DNA of 64,000 nt. Origin: Thermodesulfobacteriota bacterium (GTDB lineage Bacteria; Desulfobacterota_D; UBA1144; Nemesobacterales; UBA2774). The position numbers were made by a program, and so were the translations under genes. The stretch lies in assembly GCA_963422265.1 (NCBI GenBank), contig OY729416.1, positions 96,001-160,000 on the forward strand. Direction: 5' to 3'. Positions 1 through 9,825 of the stretch are shown here, piece by piece. The notes under the pieces were generated by a model. It did no database searches, had not been told where the DNA came from, and saw only the letters and a list, made by a program, of their open reading frames with translations. Within the stretch, counting starts at the first letter, position 1. Every line of letters begins with the position of its first letter.

Positions 1-1336
1 TTCCATTTGCTGGAGGGTTGACAAGGACTAATCTCAAATCCATAACGTTGGTATTAGTAGGACCCGTTATCAAAAGGTCGCCGAGTGGCTTGAAGAAGTT
101 GTAGGAATCGTTTGAGTTTAGATAGCTATGGGCATCTAGGGACAATTTTCTAGCCCTTGGCATTGTAGAGCCTGACGCGATAGCCCCCGCGGCGTCAGTA
201 GGACCATCAGTACCGTCGGTGCCAGCACTTAGGAAAACAACGTCTCTTAAGCCATCTATGTCAATCGCCGAGGCTAGGGCAAACTCTTGGTTCCTGCCAC
301 CTTGCCCCCCTCCCTTAATCGTAACGGTCGTCTCTCCCCCCGAAATAACGCATGCAGGAGGAGATATAGGATTTCCAGACAGGATGATTTCCTTTACTAT
401 AGCACTATGAATCTTGGCTATTTCCCTGGTTTCCCCGTGCACTAGCGTGGACAGTATAATACAGTTATAACCGAGGCTCCGAGCCTTTTCCCTAGCTGCC
501 CGAACGGCTAGAGAATTGCTTGCGATTATCTCATTCTGAGTGCGAATAAAAGCGGGATCATCCGGCTTAGGGGTTTCCTCAGAGGACGTCCCACGCTTCT
601 CTATGTATTGGACGATTGATGAAGGCGCGTTGTCCCAGAGCTGGTATCGGTCAATTATAGATATACAGTCCTTGAGAGTATAGGTATCAGCTACGGTAGG
701 TCCTGACGCTATGACGTCTAGGTTGTCACCGATAACGTCTGAGAGTATGAGTGAGATCAAAGCGGAAGGGTGCGCAAGTTTTGCTAGGCGGCCGCCTTTA
801 ACTCTTGAGATTCGCTTGCGTATAGCGTTAATTTCATGGATAGTCGCCCCCGAGTCGAGAAGAGCTTTGGTAATCACCTGCTTGTCCCTAAGCGTAATGT
901 CACCCACTGGAAACGGTAAAAGAGCCGACCCACCACCCGAAATCAGACAGATAACAAGGTCGCTTTCGCCAGTTTTCTCAAGGAGCTCAACTATTTCGCG
1001 CGCCCCCCGCAGTCCCGCCTCGTCGGGCACTGGATGACCAGCCTCGTTTATTTTGACTATCCTGAGCGGAGCCGTGTGCCCATATTTCACGTTTACTATT
1101 CCTGCTGTCAGCTTATTACCAAGAATCTCTTCCACTGCCTGGGACATAGGGGCTGCTGCCTTTCCCGCCCCGACTACGTAAACGTTTTCATAATGCAATA
1201 GATTGTAGGAGCGCCCACGCAAGCGCAACTCGTCGCCTTCCCGTTGCAGGTGCGTTTTAATGGCGTGGTAGGGGTCGACCGCGTCGAGTCCAGCAGAAAA
1301 GATAGCCCTTGCGTCATTCCTAAGTTTATCTTGCAT
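1..1336 (-). CDS. Glycerate kinase type 2 (TtuD/GckA, MOFRL domain); 3' end runs off the window
   Basis: Hand translation from ATG at 1336: MQDKLRNDARAIFSAGLDAVDP... with LISGGGSAL, SRVKGGRLA, SDVIGD, IASGPT, GGETTV, GRNQE, GTDGTDG and C-terminal TGPTNTNVMDL motifs. No stop before position 1, which is why the ORF track omits it. Confidence 0.92.
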   Translation of the reverse strand, partial: MQDKLRNDARAIFSAGLDAVDPYHAIKTHLQREGDELRLRGRSYNLLHYENVYVVGAGKAAAPMSQAVEEILGNKLTAGIVNVKYGHTAPLRIVKINEAGHPVPDEAGLRGAREIVELLEKTGESDLVICLISGGGSALLPFPVGDITLRDKQVITKALLDSGATIHEINAIRKRISRVKGGRLAKLAHPSALISLILSDVIGDNLDVIASGPTVADTYTLKDCISIIDRYQLWDNAPSSIVQYIEKRGTSSEETPKPDDPAFIRTQNEIIASNSLAVRAAREKARSLGYNCIILSTLVHGETREIAKIHSAIVKEIILSGNPISPPACVISGGETTVTIKGGGQGGRNQEFALASAIDIDGLRDVVFLSAGTDGTDGPTDAAGAIASGSTMPRARKLSLDAHSYLNSNDSYNFFKPLGDLLITGPTNTNVMDLRLVLVNPPANG

Positions 1337-1440
1337 CTTGTTAATCAGATTATAACGAGACCACTGTCACTTAACAACAAAGGATAGAAGGTACAAGTTG
1401 ACGCTCAAAGTGCAATTAGTTAATTTGTAAGCGGGATAAC

Positions 1441-2574
1441 TTGCGAATGATGAGACTAGTTTTAATCCTATTGACCTTCATTTCTCTCGCAACTTCTAGT
1501 TTCGCTGACAGCGAAGTTTACGAGGGACTTGACAAATTCACTAAGGCTCTTGATCTAATAGAGAGAACTTACATCAAAGAGGTTGCGCCAAAAGAGCTTA
1601 CGGATAGCGCCATTCAGGGTATGATGCAGGCGCTTGATCCAAATTCGGATTATTTGACGCCTGAGCATTATAAAGAGATTAAAACGGGAACATCGGGCAA
1701 ATTCAGTGGCGTAGGCATGGAAGTCACAGTAGAGGACAGCGTGCTCACTATAATTGCCCCGATGGAAGGGACGCCTGCGGAGAAGGCTGGCATAAAACCC
1801 AGAGACCAAATTATCAAAATAGGAAGCGAATCTACGAAAGATATGGCTATTTTTGACGCCGTTAAGCTCCTTAGGGGAAAAAGGGGAAGCATCGTTCAAA
1901 TTACTATCAGGAGGGCTGGAGAGAAAAAGCCTTTAGATATAACCCTCGTTAGAGACACCATAATAGTAAAGAGCGTCAAGGCAAAGCTCCTTGAAAGCGG
2001 GATCGGCTACGTAAAGCTTTCTCAGTTTCAAAAAGACACCTCGCGGGAGTTAAAAGAGGCGCTAACCGAACTACAATCTCAAAGTGATAGTGATTTGGAA
2101 CGCATTATTCTTGATCTGAGAAACAATCCTGGAGGACTGCTTGACGAAGCGGTTAAAGTTGCGGACGAGTTTATGGATACCGGGCTAATTGTCAGCGTCA
2201 AGGGCAGGGACGAGAAACAGACAAAGAACTTTTATGCTAAAAAAGACGGCGGCTTTCAAGAGCAATCCATAGCTGTAATTGTGAATGGTGGGAGCGCTAG
2301 CGCGTCCGAAGTCGTCGCAGGGGCGCTTCAGGATAGCAAAAGGGCTACTATAGTTGGAACCAATACGTTTGGGAAAGGCTCGGTTCAAACTTTAAGAGAA
2401 CTCCACGACGGTTCGGCTCTTAAAATTACAACGGCAATGTTCTACTCACCAAATGGCAAATCAATAAACGAGGTCGGCGTAGCTCCGAACGTAGTTATAG
2501 AAAGAGACGAAGAAAGGGACTTGCAACTCCAGACAGCGATTGAAGTACTCATAGGGGATTCAGAAAAGACGTGA
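1441..2574 (+). CDS. ctpA: Carboxyl-terminal processing protease (S41 family, PDZ domain)
   Basis: Signal peptide, GVG PDZ loop, DLRNNPGG, SASASEVVAGALQD and FGKGSVQ motifs. The start may be the ATG at 1447. Confidence 0.93.
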   Translation: MRMMRLVLILLTFISLATSSFADSEVYEGLDKFTKALDLIERTYIKEVAPKELTDSAIQGMMQALDPNSDYLTPEHYKEIKTGTSGKFSGVGMEVTVEDSVLTIIAPMEGTPAEKAGIKPRDQIIKIGSESTKDMAIFDAVKLLRGKRGSIVQITIRRAGEKKPLDITLVRDTIIVKSVKAKLLESGIGYVKLSQFQKDTSRELKEALTELQSQSDSDLERIILDLRNNPGGLLDEAVKVADEFMDTGLIVSVKGRDEKQTKNFYAKKDGGFQEQSIAVIVNGGSASASEVVAGALQDSKRATIVGTNTFGKGSVQTLRELHDGSALKITTAMFYSPNGKSINEVGVAPNVVIERDEERDLQLQTAIEVLIGDSEKT

Positions 2575-2625
2575 ATAGCGCCCGCAGGAGCAAGTAATAG
2601 CTAGTCTGGGACATTATAAAGACTA

Positions 2626-3936
2626 ATGGGGGAAATCTGTTTTTTGCCAACGAGAAAGAAGCCGGGAGATAAAAAACCCAAAAAATCAAGAAAACGGAGA
2701 ACGAGGCGTAAAGACAAAGCCATCTATAAGCCTTTTGCCATCATAGTCGTTTTTATCGCTCTTCTTTCTTTAGCTCTCATCGGCCTTTATTACGTGAAGC
2801 AAGAGATGAGTCACCCCTCATCACCCTCTATTACCTCAGAAGTAGGCAAAGCAATAGTGGCTGAAATAGACAAGGCTCTGGCGAACGGCTTTTTTCACAT
2901 CGGGCTATCCTCAAAGGACGTTGTAGCTAGAAGGGTCTCTGAGCATCGGAGAACGTCCGACGGGGCTACGTGGAAGTTTGAGGATATTGAGATTGATGTT
3001 CCATCCGATATAGCACAAGATAGGGTAAAAACGGCTCTTGATAAGCTGTCAGACGATGTATCTTACTACCTATCTGCATATAGAGGGGGAAACACCCTTG
3101 TTTTTAATCAGAAGCTAGAGCAATTAGAGGGAATGCTCGTCTCTTCATTATTAGTAAGTGGGATGATTACCCATAAAATTCGGTTTCGTTTTCCTCTGAC
3201 AGAGAAAAAAACAGAAGCAGACAAACCTCAACGGGTGGATAAGGCATTAAAAGCCCCCTTAGGTAAGCCGAAAGTAATAATAATTGTTGATGACGTCGGA
3301 TTAGACAAATCCCCAATTGACCACCTTCTAGAGATTCAGGCTCCTCTCAGTTTCGCAATTCTTCCAAACCACCCCTATTCGTCCTACGCAGCTGAGAAAG
3401 CCAAGAGCAAGGGGTGGGACGTAATGCTCCACTTGCCTATGGAACCCAAAGAATCTTCGGGCTATACCGGGCAGGACGCCGGTGAGAACGCCCTTCTCGT
3501 AGGCTTACCCAAGAAAGAGATACTTGCTAGGCTTGATAAGAGTTTATCCTCCTTGCCTTATCTACAAGGAGTTAATAACCACATGGGCTCTAAATTCACG
3601 GAGAACGACGAGCTTATGGGGATTGTGCTTGAAAGGATAAAGGAGCTTGGGCTTTACTTTGTTGACAGCAAGACCAGCAGCGAAAGCGTAGGTTATAAAA
3701 CAGCATCCAAGCTGGGTATTAGGTCTCTTGAGAGAGACGTTTTTCTGGATGAGCAGACAAAAGGCGCTTCCTACGTGAAATCTCAGATAAAAAAATTGGT
3801 AAACATATCTAAGGTGCACGGCTATGCGGTTGGCATATGCCATCCTTATCCTGAAACCGTAAAAGCGCTTGTGGAAATGATTCCATCTATACAGGACGAG
3901 GTAGAACTAGCATCGGCGTCTAAAGTCCTGGATTGA
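2626..3936 (+). CDS. Divergent polysaccharide deacetylase family protein (YibQ/DUF610), membrane anchored
   Basis: IIVDDVG, HLPMEP, NNHMGS, FVDSKT, RDVFLD and GICHP motifs; usual position downstream of ctpA. Confidence 0.88.
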   Translation: MGEICFLPTRKKPGDKKPKKSRKRRTRRKDKAIYKPFAIIVVFIALLSLALIGLYYVKQEMSHPSSPSITSEVGKAIVAEIDKALANGFFHIGLSSKDVVARRVSEHRRTSDGATWKFEDIEIDVPSDIAQDRVKTALDKLSDDVSYYLSAYRGGNTLVFNQKLEQLEGMLVSSLLVSGMITHKIRFRFPLTEKKTEADKPQRVDKALKAPLGKPKVIIIVDDVGLDKSPIDHLLEIQAPLSFAILPNHPYSSYAAEKAKSKGWDVMLHLPMEPKESSGYTGQDAGENALLVGLPKKEILARLDKSLSSLPYLQGVNNHMGSKFTENDELMGIVLERIKELGLYFVDSKTSSESVGYKTASKLGIRSLERDVFLDEQTKGASYVKSQIKKLVNISKVHGYAVGICHPYPETVKALVEMIPSIQDEVELASASKVLD

Positions 3937-4111
3937 TCTCGGGGCTTTGTAAGGTCAGGTGATAGTGGTAATAGTATCGTAAAAGCTACCCACGTTGCCT
4001 GAGGCGCTCATCTATAAAAATATCAACGAGATTCATTGGAGGAGGGGACAGCGTCTAGTTTCACAATCCCTAGTTTTACAGTAGTTGGCTTAAGTGATAT
4101 AGTTTTTGCCC

Positions 4112-4474
4112 ATGACTGAGGAAAAACTCAGGATATTTAGAGAAATACTAATAAGGAAAATGGCGGGGCTACTAGGGATCGCCGAAGATACTGTTGCCCT
4201 AATGAGCGAAGGGGACGGAACGTTCCCCGACCCGATTGACCGCGCAATGTCGGAATCTAACCGCACGTTGGAGCTTAGAAAGCGAGACAGGGAAAGAAAA
4301 TTTATACTCAAAATACAAAGAGCTATCAGAAAAACCGAAGATGGTAGCTACGGAATATGTGAAGCTTGTGGTGATGAAATAACCGAGAATAGGTTAAAGG
4401 CAAGACCTGAAACTACACACTGCATTAGCTGTAAGCAGGAGCAAGAGGAAGTTGAGAAACGGCTCGGCGCGTAG
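4112..4474 (+). CDS. dksA: RNA polymerase-binding transcription factor DksA
   Basis: FPDPIDRA coiled-coil tip and C4 zinc finger CEAC...CISC. ATG 4112 preferred over TTG 4106. Confidence 0.9.
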   Translation: MTEEKLRIFREILIRKMAGLLGIAEDTVALMSEGDGTFPDPIDRAMSESNRTLELRKRDRERKFILKIQRAIRKTEDGSYGICEACGDEITENRLKARPETTHCISCKQEQEEVEKRLGA

Positions 4475-4559
4475 AATCCTTCCCCACCCACTGTGCGGAG
4501 AGGGTGACTCCTGCAACGTCCTAAGATAAAGGTAAGAGTTAATCAATATGTCTCCATAT

Positions 4560-4974
4560 GTTATTCCTGTGAAAGCAGGAATCTAGTAGGAGGTGGGGAG
4601 GTAAGGCAGGAATTCTTGTTTCCCGACGCTCTATCAAATCCCCCTGTATCCCCCTTTTTAAAGGGGGATTGTTTAGGGAATGGTAATCGTTCCCCTTCCC
4701 CCTGGTTGGTGAGCCTTCCGAAGCATTCCTGGATTCCCAGGCAAGCTGGGAATGACAAAAATGCCCTCTCCGGGGGGGGAGTCTGAACTGTGATTTGTAG
4801 GATGGAATGAGGTGCTATGATTAAAAGAACAAATTCCTCTTAGTTCCTCTTTGTCTAAAGGGGAGATAAGTAGGGGCGACCCTAGCGATGTCCTGAGCCT
4901 GCCGAAGGGAACTTGTTAAATGATAGTCGCTCAAAGAGGTGAGGGTAATGGGTAACCACGAGTGTTACCCCTAC
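4560..4974. repeat. Composite palindromic repeat cassette (diverged copy), ending in a GTAG...CTAC REPIN-like pair (4870-4974)
   Basis: Successive hairpins ATTCCTGTGAAAGCAGGAAT, TCCCCCTTTTTAAAGGGGGA, GGATTCCCAGGCAAGCTGGGAATGAC, GTAGGGGCGACCC and GGGTAACCACGAGTGTTACCCCTAC; same module order as 11990-12357. Confidence 0.85.
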
Positions 4975-5095
4975 AAAATGGGTGGCAAGGATAACTCTTG
5001 CAAATCCTTGAAATCCTCTCTCTAACCGCTTATCATAATTCACTCTAAATTTATCTTAAGGCATGTCCCCGAATTAATTGGGGAAAGGGGAATAT

Positions 5096-5629
5096 ATGAC
5101 AAGAGTCAACAATACTTTTGGTGTTCTTCTGTTCGGTTTATTACTAGTATCTTTGCTTTCCTGCACTGGGATGAGTACTTCTACTAATGTTTCAGATATG
5201 CCTAGGGACAGGATGTCTATAAAACCTTCGCCTTCTGAGGTCATAGAAAAATTTTTAGACGCTCTGAAAGTAGGCAATTATAATAAGGCGTATAATTACG
5301 TATATGCCCCCTATACGGATAGGAGCGGTTACGTGAACCAGATGAAAAATATGGTGGAGGACAACGCTCTTTCTATTTTGAGCTATCGCCTTCTCGCTAC
5401 GCAAATATACGACCGCACAGCGACAGTCGTGGTAGAACTTAGGACTAAGTCCAAAACGCCTAATACGGCCAAAACACCTAATACGGCCAAAACACCTAAT
5501 ACGGATAGTATTATAGAATCAACTCATAGCAGCGTTTATGATATTGGTCTTTTTGAAGGCAGGTGGCTTGTAACGGGGGATAAGTGCCTAGAAAATTGTA
5601 TTGAGAGCGAACCGATCGTAGTAGAGTGA
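5096..5629 (+). CDS. Putative lipoprotein, NTF2-like/DUF4878-like
   Basis: Hydrophobic signal with LLSC lipobox and an SPSEVIEKFLDALKVGNYNKAY segment typical of NTF2-like lipoproteins. ATG 5096 follows a purine-rich SD. Confidence 0.6.
   Translation: MTRVNNTFGVLLFGLLLVSLLSCTGMSTSTNVSDMPRDRMSIKPSPSEVIEKFLDALKVGNYNKAYNYVYAPYTDRSGYVNQMKNMVEDNALSILSYRLLATQIYDRTATVVVELRTKSKTPNTAKTPNTAKTPNTDSIIESTHSSVYDIGLFEGRWLVTGDKCLENCIESEPIVVE
5451..5504 (+). repeat. 18-bp in-frame tandem repeat x3 (CCAAAACRCCTAATACGG), encodes (S/A)KTPNT
   Basis: Three copies read directly at 5451, 5469 and 5487. Confidence 0.95.
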
Positions 5630-5633
5630 GTAA

Positions 5634-6434
5634 ATGATAAAAGTATCCGTTGTAGGGGCGGCTGGCAGAATGGGGCGTAGGATCCTTTACCTGCTAAATC
5701 AGGATCAAGAGGTTAGTGTCGTAGGTGCTTGCGAGGCTGCTGGAAGTTCTGCACTAGATAGTGACGCAGGGGTCTTGTCAGGCGTTGGGGAAATCGGGGT
5801 TAAGGTTTCATCTCATATTGAAGAATCCTCTTCGGACGCCGATGTTATAGTTGATTTTACTATCCCCTCAGCTACTTTGGACAACGCCGCTTACGCTTCC
5901 CAAAACGGCAAGTCCATGGTGATAGGGACAACCGGTTTCACTAAGGAAGAGAATAAGAGGTTCAAAGCCATAACGGGCAATATTCCTTGCGTAATCGCTC
6001 CCAATATGAGCGTTGGGATGAACGTAACTTTTGAAATAACAAAGCAGCTTGCTCAGGTTCTGGGGGATGATTTTGATATAGAAATAATAGAGGTACATCA
6101 TCGACACAAGGTAGATGCTCCTAGCGGCACTGCACTAAAGTTGGGGCGTTCTGCAGCGGAAGGCTCAGGAAGGAACTTTGATAAGGTAGCGAAATTTGCC
6201 AGACGTGGGGCAATTGGGGAGAGAAAAGAGGATGAGATTGGTATTCAGACTATAAGGGGCGGCGATATAGTGGGAGAGCATACAGTAATGTTCATAGGCA
6301 ATGGCGAGAGAATAGAGCTGACGCACAGGGCGACGAATCGCGACAATTTCGCAAAGGGGGTTGTCCGAGCCGTGAAGTGGATAGATGGCAAACCACCCGG
6401 TCTCTACACTATGAGAGACGTCCTATTCCCTTAA
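5634..6434 (+). CDS. dapB: 4-hydroxy-tetrahydrodipicolinate reductase
   Basis: GAAGRMG, IGTTG, EVHHRHKVDAPSGTA and GEHTV motifs. Confidence 0.97.
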   Translation: MIKVSVVGAAGRMGRRILYLLNQDQEVSVVGACEAAGSSALDSDAGVLSGVGEIGVKVSSHIEESSSDADVIVDFTIPSATLDNAAYASQNGKSMVIGTTGFTKEENKRFKAITGNIPCVIAPNMSVGMNVTFEITKQLAQVLGDDFDIEIIEVHHRHKVDAPSGTALKLGRSAAEGSGRNFDKVAKFARRGAIGERKEDEIGIQTIRGGDIVGEHTVMFIGNGERIELTHRATNRDNFAKGVVRAVKWIDGKPPGLYTMRDVLFP

Positions 6435-6542
6435 CTTTAGGGCGAGAGATTGTTGTCATAAGGGTTGGGGAAGGGGAAAAGATGGGAGATTTGTCGGTTG
6501 TGTTTTGCCCTTAGGTGAGTTTAGAGGTTAAAAACGATATTT

Positions 6543-6667
6543 CCCTCCTTTCGTAAAGGAGGGTTAGGGTGGATTTTTTCTTTATCCGTAGGGGCGCGAC
6601 ACTAGCGATGTCCTGAGCCTGTTGAAGGATGGTCGCCCTAGGGCGCAAGGATAATGTGGGTAACCAC
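6543..6667. repeat. Partial copy of the composite palindromic cassette
   Basis: CCCTCCTTTCGTAAAGGAGGGTTAGGGTGGATTT + GTAGGGGCG..TAGCGATGTCCTGAGCCTGTTGAAGGATGGTCGCCC + GGGTAACCAC; matches 12217-12340. Confidence 0.85.
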
Positions 6668-6701
6668 ACATGTCCCCAACCTGATTGGATCAGGCAATAA
6701 T

Positions 6702-7778
6702 ATGTTTAGATTTGAAATTCTTAAGCAAGACAGCGGATCTAACGCTAGACTAGGCAGAATCCATACCGCTCACGGCACGGTTGACACTCCGGCTTTCATG
6801 CCCGTTGCAACTCAAGCTACAGTAAAAGCTCTCAGCCCTGATGAGATAGAGGATCTTGGTTTCCGTATGCTTATAGTGAATGCTTACCACTTATACCTAC
6901 GACCTGGATACGAGAGGATAAAAGAATTGGGTGGCCTACATAGATTTATGTCATGGAACAACCCAATCGCTGCTGACAGTGGGGGATTTCAAGTTCTTAG
7001 CTTGGCAAAGTCGAGGAAAATTGAGGAGAACGGCGTCCTTTTTCAGTCTCATCTCGACGGGAGCGAGCACTTTCTAACCCCGGCAAAGTGCATAGAAATT
7101 CAGGAAGCTCTAGGCGTTGACGTCATGATGTGTCTGGACGAGTGCCCACCATACCCTTCAACAGAGGACTATATAAGAAACTCTGTCGGATTAACCACTA
7201 AATGGGCTAAGCTGTGTAAGAACGCAAAGAAGGGGGCTAATAGTGCTCTCTTCGGAATAGTGCAGGGCGGGACGTATCCTGAGCTTAGACAAAGGTCTGC
7301 GTATGAGCTTGTAGAAATTGGATTCGACGGGTATTCCATAGGTGGTCTCGGCATAGGAGAGAATCAGGAGAAGACGTATGACGTCACCGAGGGGACGCTT
7401 GCTTTCCTGCCCTACGAAAACCCCCGTTACCTTATGGGAATTGGAAAGCCGGAAGATATAATAGCCGCCGTGTCCATGGGCGTAGATATTTTTGACTGTG
7501 TTATCCCAACAAGAAACGCTAGGAACGGCTCTCTCTTTACAAGCTGCGGAAAACTGGTTATAAAAAACGCTCAATACGCGGACGACAATAATCCTATTGA
7601 TGAACGGTGTGAGTGTTATACTTGCAGAACGTTTTCGAGGGCTTATTTAAGACATCTTTACATTGCAAAAGAAATTTTGGTTCTACGACTTTTAACCCTA
7701 CATAATTTACATTTCTACTGTAAGCTAATGAGTAGCGTTAGGAAAGCCATATATGACAATAACTTCTCAAATCTGTAG
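6702..7778 (+). CDS. tgt: tRNA-guanine transglycosylase (queuine tRNA-ribosyltransferase)
   Basis: TPAFMPVAT, DSGGFQ, FGIVQGG, DIFDCVIPTRNARNG and Zn-binding CECYTC. The ORF-track start at 6654 lies inside the repeat, so ATG 6702 is used. Confidence 0.97.
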   Translation: MFRFEILKQDSGSNARLGRIHTAHGTVDTPAFMPVATQATVKALSPDEIEDLGFRMLIVNAYHLYLRPGYERIKELGGLHRFMSWNNPIAADSGGFQVLSLAKSRKIEENGVLFQSHLDGSEHFLTPAKCIEIQEALGVDVMMCLDECPPYPSTEDYIRNSVGLTTKWAKLCKNAKKGANSALFGIVQGGTYPELRQRSAYELVEIGFDGYSIGGLGIGENQEKTYDVTEGTLAFLPYENPRYLMGIGKPEDIIAAVSMGVDIFDCVIPTRNARNGSLFTSCGKLVIKNAQYADDNNPIDERCECYTCRTFSRAYLRHLYIAKEILVLRLLTLHNLHFYCKLMSSVRKAIYDNNFSNL

Positions 7779-7818
7779 AGCAACTTAAAACTTCTCGACC
7801 TGTTGGAGGTATAGTAGA

Positions 7819-8199
7819 TTGCTGAAAAATGTGATTTTCACGCTCGCTTTAGCCTTTATGTTAACGGGCTGCCCCGCCACCGGAGGTGAAGGTGCATCAG
7901 GCAGTTCTCCTTTAGCTTTTCTTCCTTTCATTCTTATTTTCATCCTGTTTTACTTGTTGATTTTAAGACCCCAGCAAAAGCAAAACAAGAAGAGAAATCA
8001 GATGCTGAAGGAGCTTAAGAGGGGAAACGACGTCATTACCACAGGTGGAGTCTATGGCAAAATTTTAAGCATTTCAGAAGATGATGTGATTTCCTTAGAG
8101 GTTAACAAGGGAATTACCATACGCGTGAGCCGTTCAGCCGTTGCAAGTTTACAGAGCCCAGGGAAAGAAGGGGTGGACAAGGATAGGTTTAAAAAATGA
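7819..8199 (+). CDS. yajC: Preprotein translocase subunit YajC
   Basis: FYLLILRPQQK and VITTGGVYG motifs; tgt-yajC-secD-secF synteny; TTG start with GGAGG SD. Confidence 0.93.
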   Translation: MLKNVIFTLALAFMLTGCPATGGEGASGSSPLAFLPFILIFILFYLLILRPQQKQNKKRNQMLKELKRGNDVITTGGVYGKILSISEDDVISLEVNKGITIRVSRSAVASLQSPGKEGVDKDRFKK

Positions 8200-9791
8200 G
8201 AGCTTCAAGAACCTGGATATTTACTATTTTTGTAGTTGCCTTATTATCTGTGACGCTTTTGCTACCTACGTTTTTGGGTGACGCACTTCCCTCGTGGTGG
8301 GGAAAGGCCTTTCCCGATAGGGGTATTAGACTAGGGCTTGACTTAAGGGGAGGTATTTTCCTTTTACTTGGTGTGAACGCCCAAAAGTCCGTAGAGCAAG
8401 AGCTTGAGAACGATAGGGATTTTATGAAAAACGAGCTAAAGGGTGAGGCGTTAATAAAAGGTTTTGATATTAGCAGCAAGACTTTGACCCTCAAGTTCTT
8501 TTCTCAAAGCGACTTAGACAAAGCGGCTTCCATCGCAAGAGAAAATTTTGGAGAGTTCTCAAGTATATATGAAAAAGACTTGTCCTTAGAAATTACGCTT
8601 AAAGATTCATACCTAGCTGATATAGAAAAGAGAGCTATAGCTCAAGTCCAGCAGGTAATACAAAACCGCGTCTCTGAGCTAGGATTGGTAGAACCGTCTA
8701 TTCAAAGAGCAGGCTCTGATAGGATACTGATTCAGGTTCCTGGGGCTTCAGAGAAGGACAGACAGAGAATTATTGATATTATCAAGAGATCGGCAGTTCT
8801 TGAATTCAAGATAGTTAAAGAGACGGGACCCACAAAAGAGATCGTTCTCGCTCAAGCGGAGGTGACTTCACCCGAAGAGCTTAAGGCTCAGCAACTTGCG
8901 CTTCATACAGGGGACGCCAGCAATGAAAACGAGATGTTTTTTATAACCACTTTAGACGCTCCCGTTACAGGTGAATCGCTTTCGGACGCAAGATTAACTT
9001 TTGACGAATTTGGAAGGCCTGCGGTCGGTTTTAATTTTAAGGGAGAAGGAGCAAGTAAGTTCGGGGTGCTTACGGAAAGCAATGTGGGGCAAAGACTTGC
9101 TATTGTTCTTGATGGAGTAATCAAATCAGCACCCACTATTCAAGAGAGGATTACGTCGCAGGGAAGAATTACGGGAACTTTCACGTCCGAAGAAGCTAGG
9201 GATCTGGCGCTTGTTCTACGCTCCGGTGCCCTTCCAGTGCCTGTAGAAGTAGAGCAAGAAAGAACGGTTGGACCATCTCTGGGAAAAGATTCTATTGAGG
9301 CTGGGAAAATCTCAATGATAGTCGGGGGAGTATTAGTTATCATATTCATGATCTTTTTTTACAGACTGCAGGGGTTGGTCGCAGACGTTGCGCTTAGCCT
9401 TAACGTATTCTTTATTATGGGTTTCCTTTCAGCTTTTGGCGTTACTTTGACCCTTCCGGGCATCGCAGGGCTTGTTCTTACCCTTGGTATGGCGGTTGAC
9501 GGGAATATAATCATATTCGAAAGAATTAAAGAGGAGCTTCTAGTCGGCAAATCTCCTTTGGCTGCCATTGACGCGGGCTATGGCAGGTCTTTGCGGACAG
9601 TGCTTGACGCCAATATAACGACTCTAATAACTGCTTTGATACTCTTTTGGTTTGGAACTGGACCAATTAAAGGTTTTGCCGCCACTCTGTCCATAGGAAT
9701 AATATCTACAGTGTTTAGCAACGTCGTGGTTGCGCGCGTGATAGCAAGTTTAATCTATCGGGAAAAGAAAGTACCGGCACTAAGCATCTGA
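8196..9791 (+). CDS. secD: Protein translocase subunit SecD
   Basis: LGLDLRGG, VGPSLGKDSI and TLPGIAGLVLTLGMAVDGNIIIFERIKEE motifs. Confidence 0.97.
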   Translation: MRASRTWIFTIFVVALLSVTLLLPTFLGDALPSWWGKAFPDRGIRLGLDLRGGIFLLLGVNAQKSVEQELENDRDFMKNELKGEALIKGFDISSKTLTLKFFSQSDLDKAASIARENFGEFSSIYEKDLSLEITLKDSYLADIEKRAIAQVQQVIQNRVSELGLVEPSIQRAGSDRILIQVPGASEKDRQRIIDIIKRSAVLEFKIVKETGPTKEIVLAQAEVTSPEELKAQQLALHTGDASNENEMFFITTLDAPVTGESLSDARLTFDEFGRPAVGFNFKGEGASKFGVLTESNVGQRLAIVLDGVIKSAPTIQERITSQGRITGTFTSEEARDLALVLRSGALPVPVEVEQERTVGPSLGKDSIEAGKISMIVGGVLVIIFMIFFYRLQGLVADVALSLNVFFIMGFLSAFGVTLTLPGIAGLVLTLGMAVDGNIIIFERIKEELLVGKSPLAAIDAGYGRSLRTVLDANITTLITALILFWFGTGPIKGFAATLSIGIISTVFSNVVVARVIASLIYREKKVPALSI

Positions 9792-9825
9792 TAGACATCT
9801 TAGATAGTAGGAGGGACGCGCTAAA

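Noticed and set aside
4561-4758. Short ORFs within repeat cassettes (also 25741-25944, 25751-25960 and 43065-43253)
   Set aside because: They are translations of palindromic repeat DNA, with no protein-family signal.
7776-7814. TAG read-through extending tgt by 12 codons
   Set aside because: The protein is already of normal length and there is no other sign of stop-codon recoding in the window.
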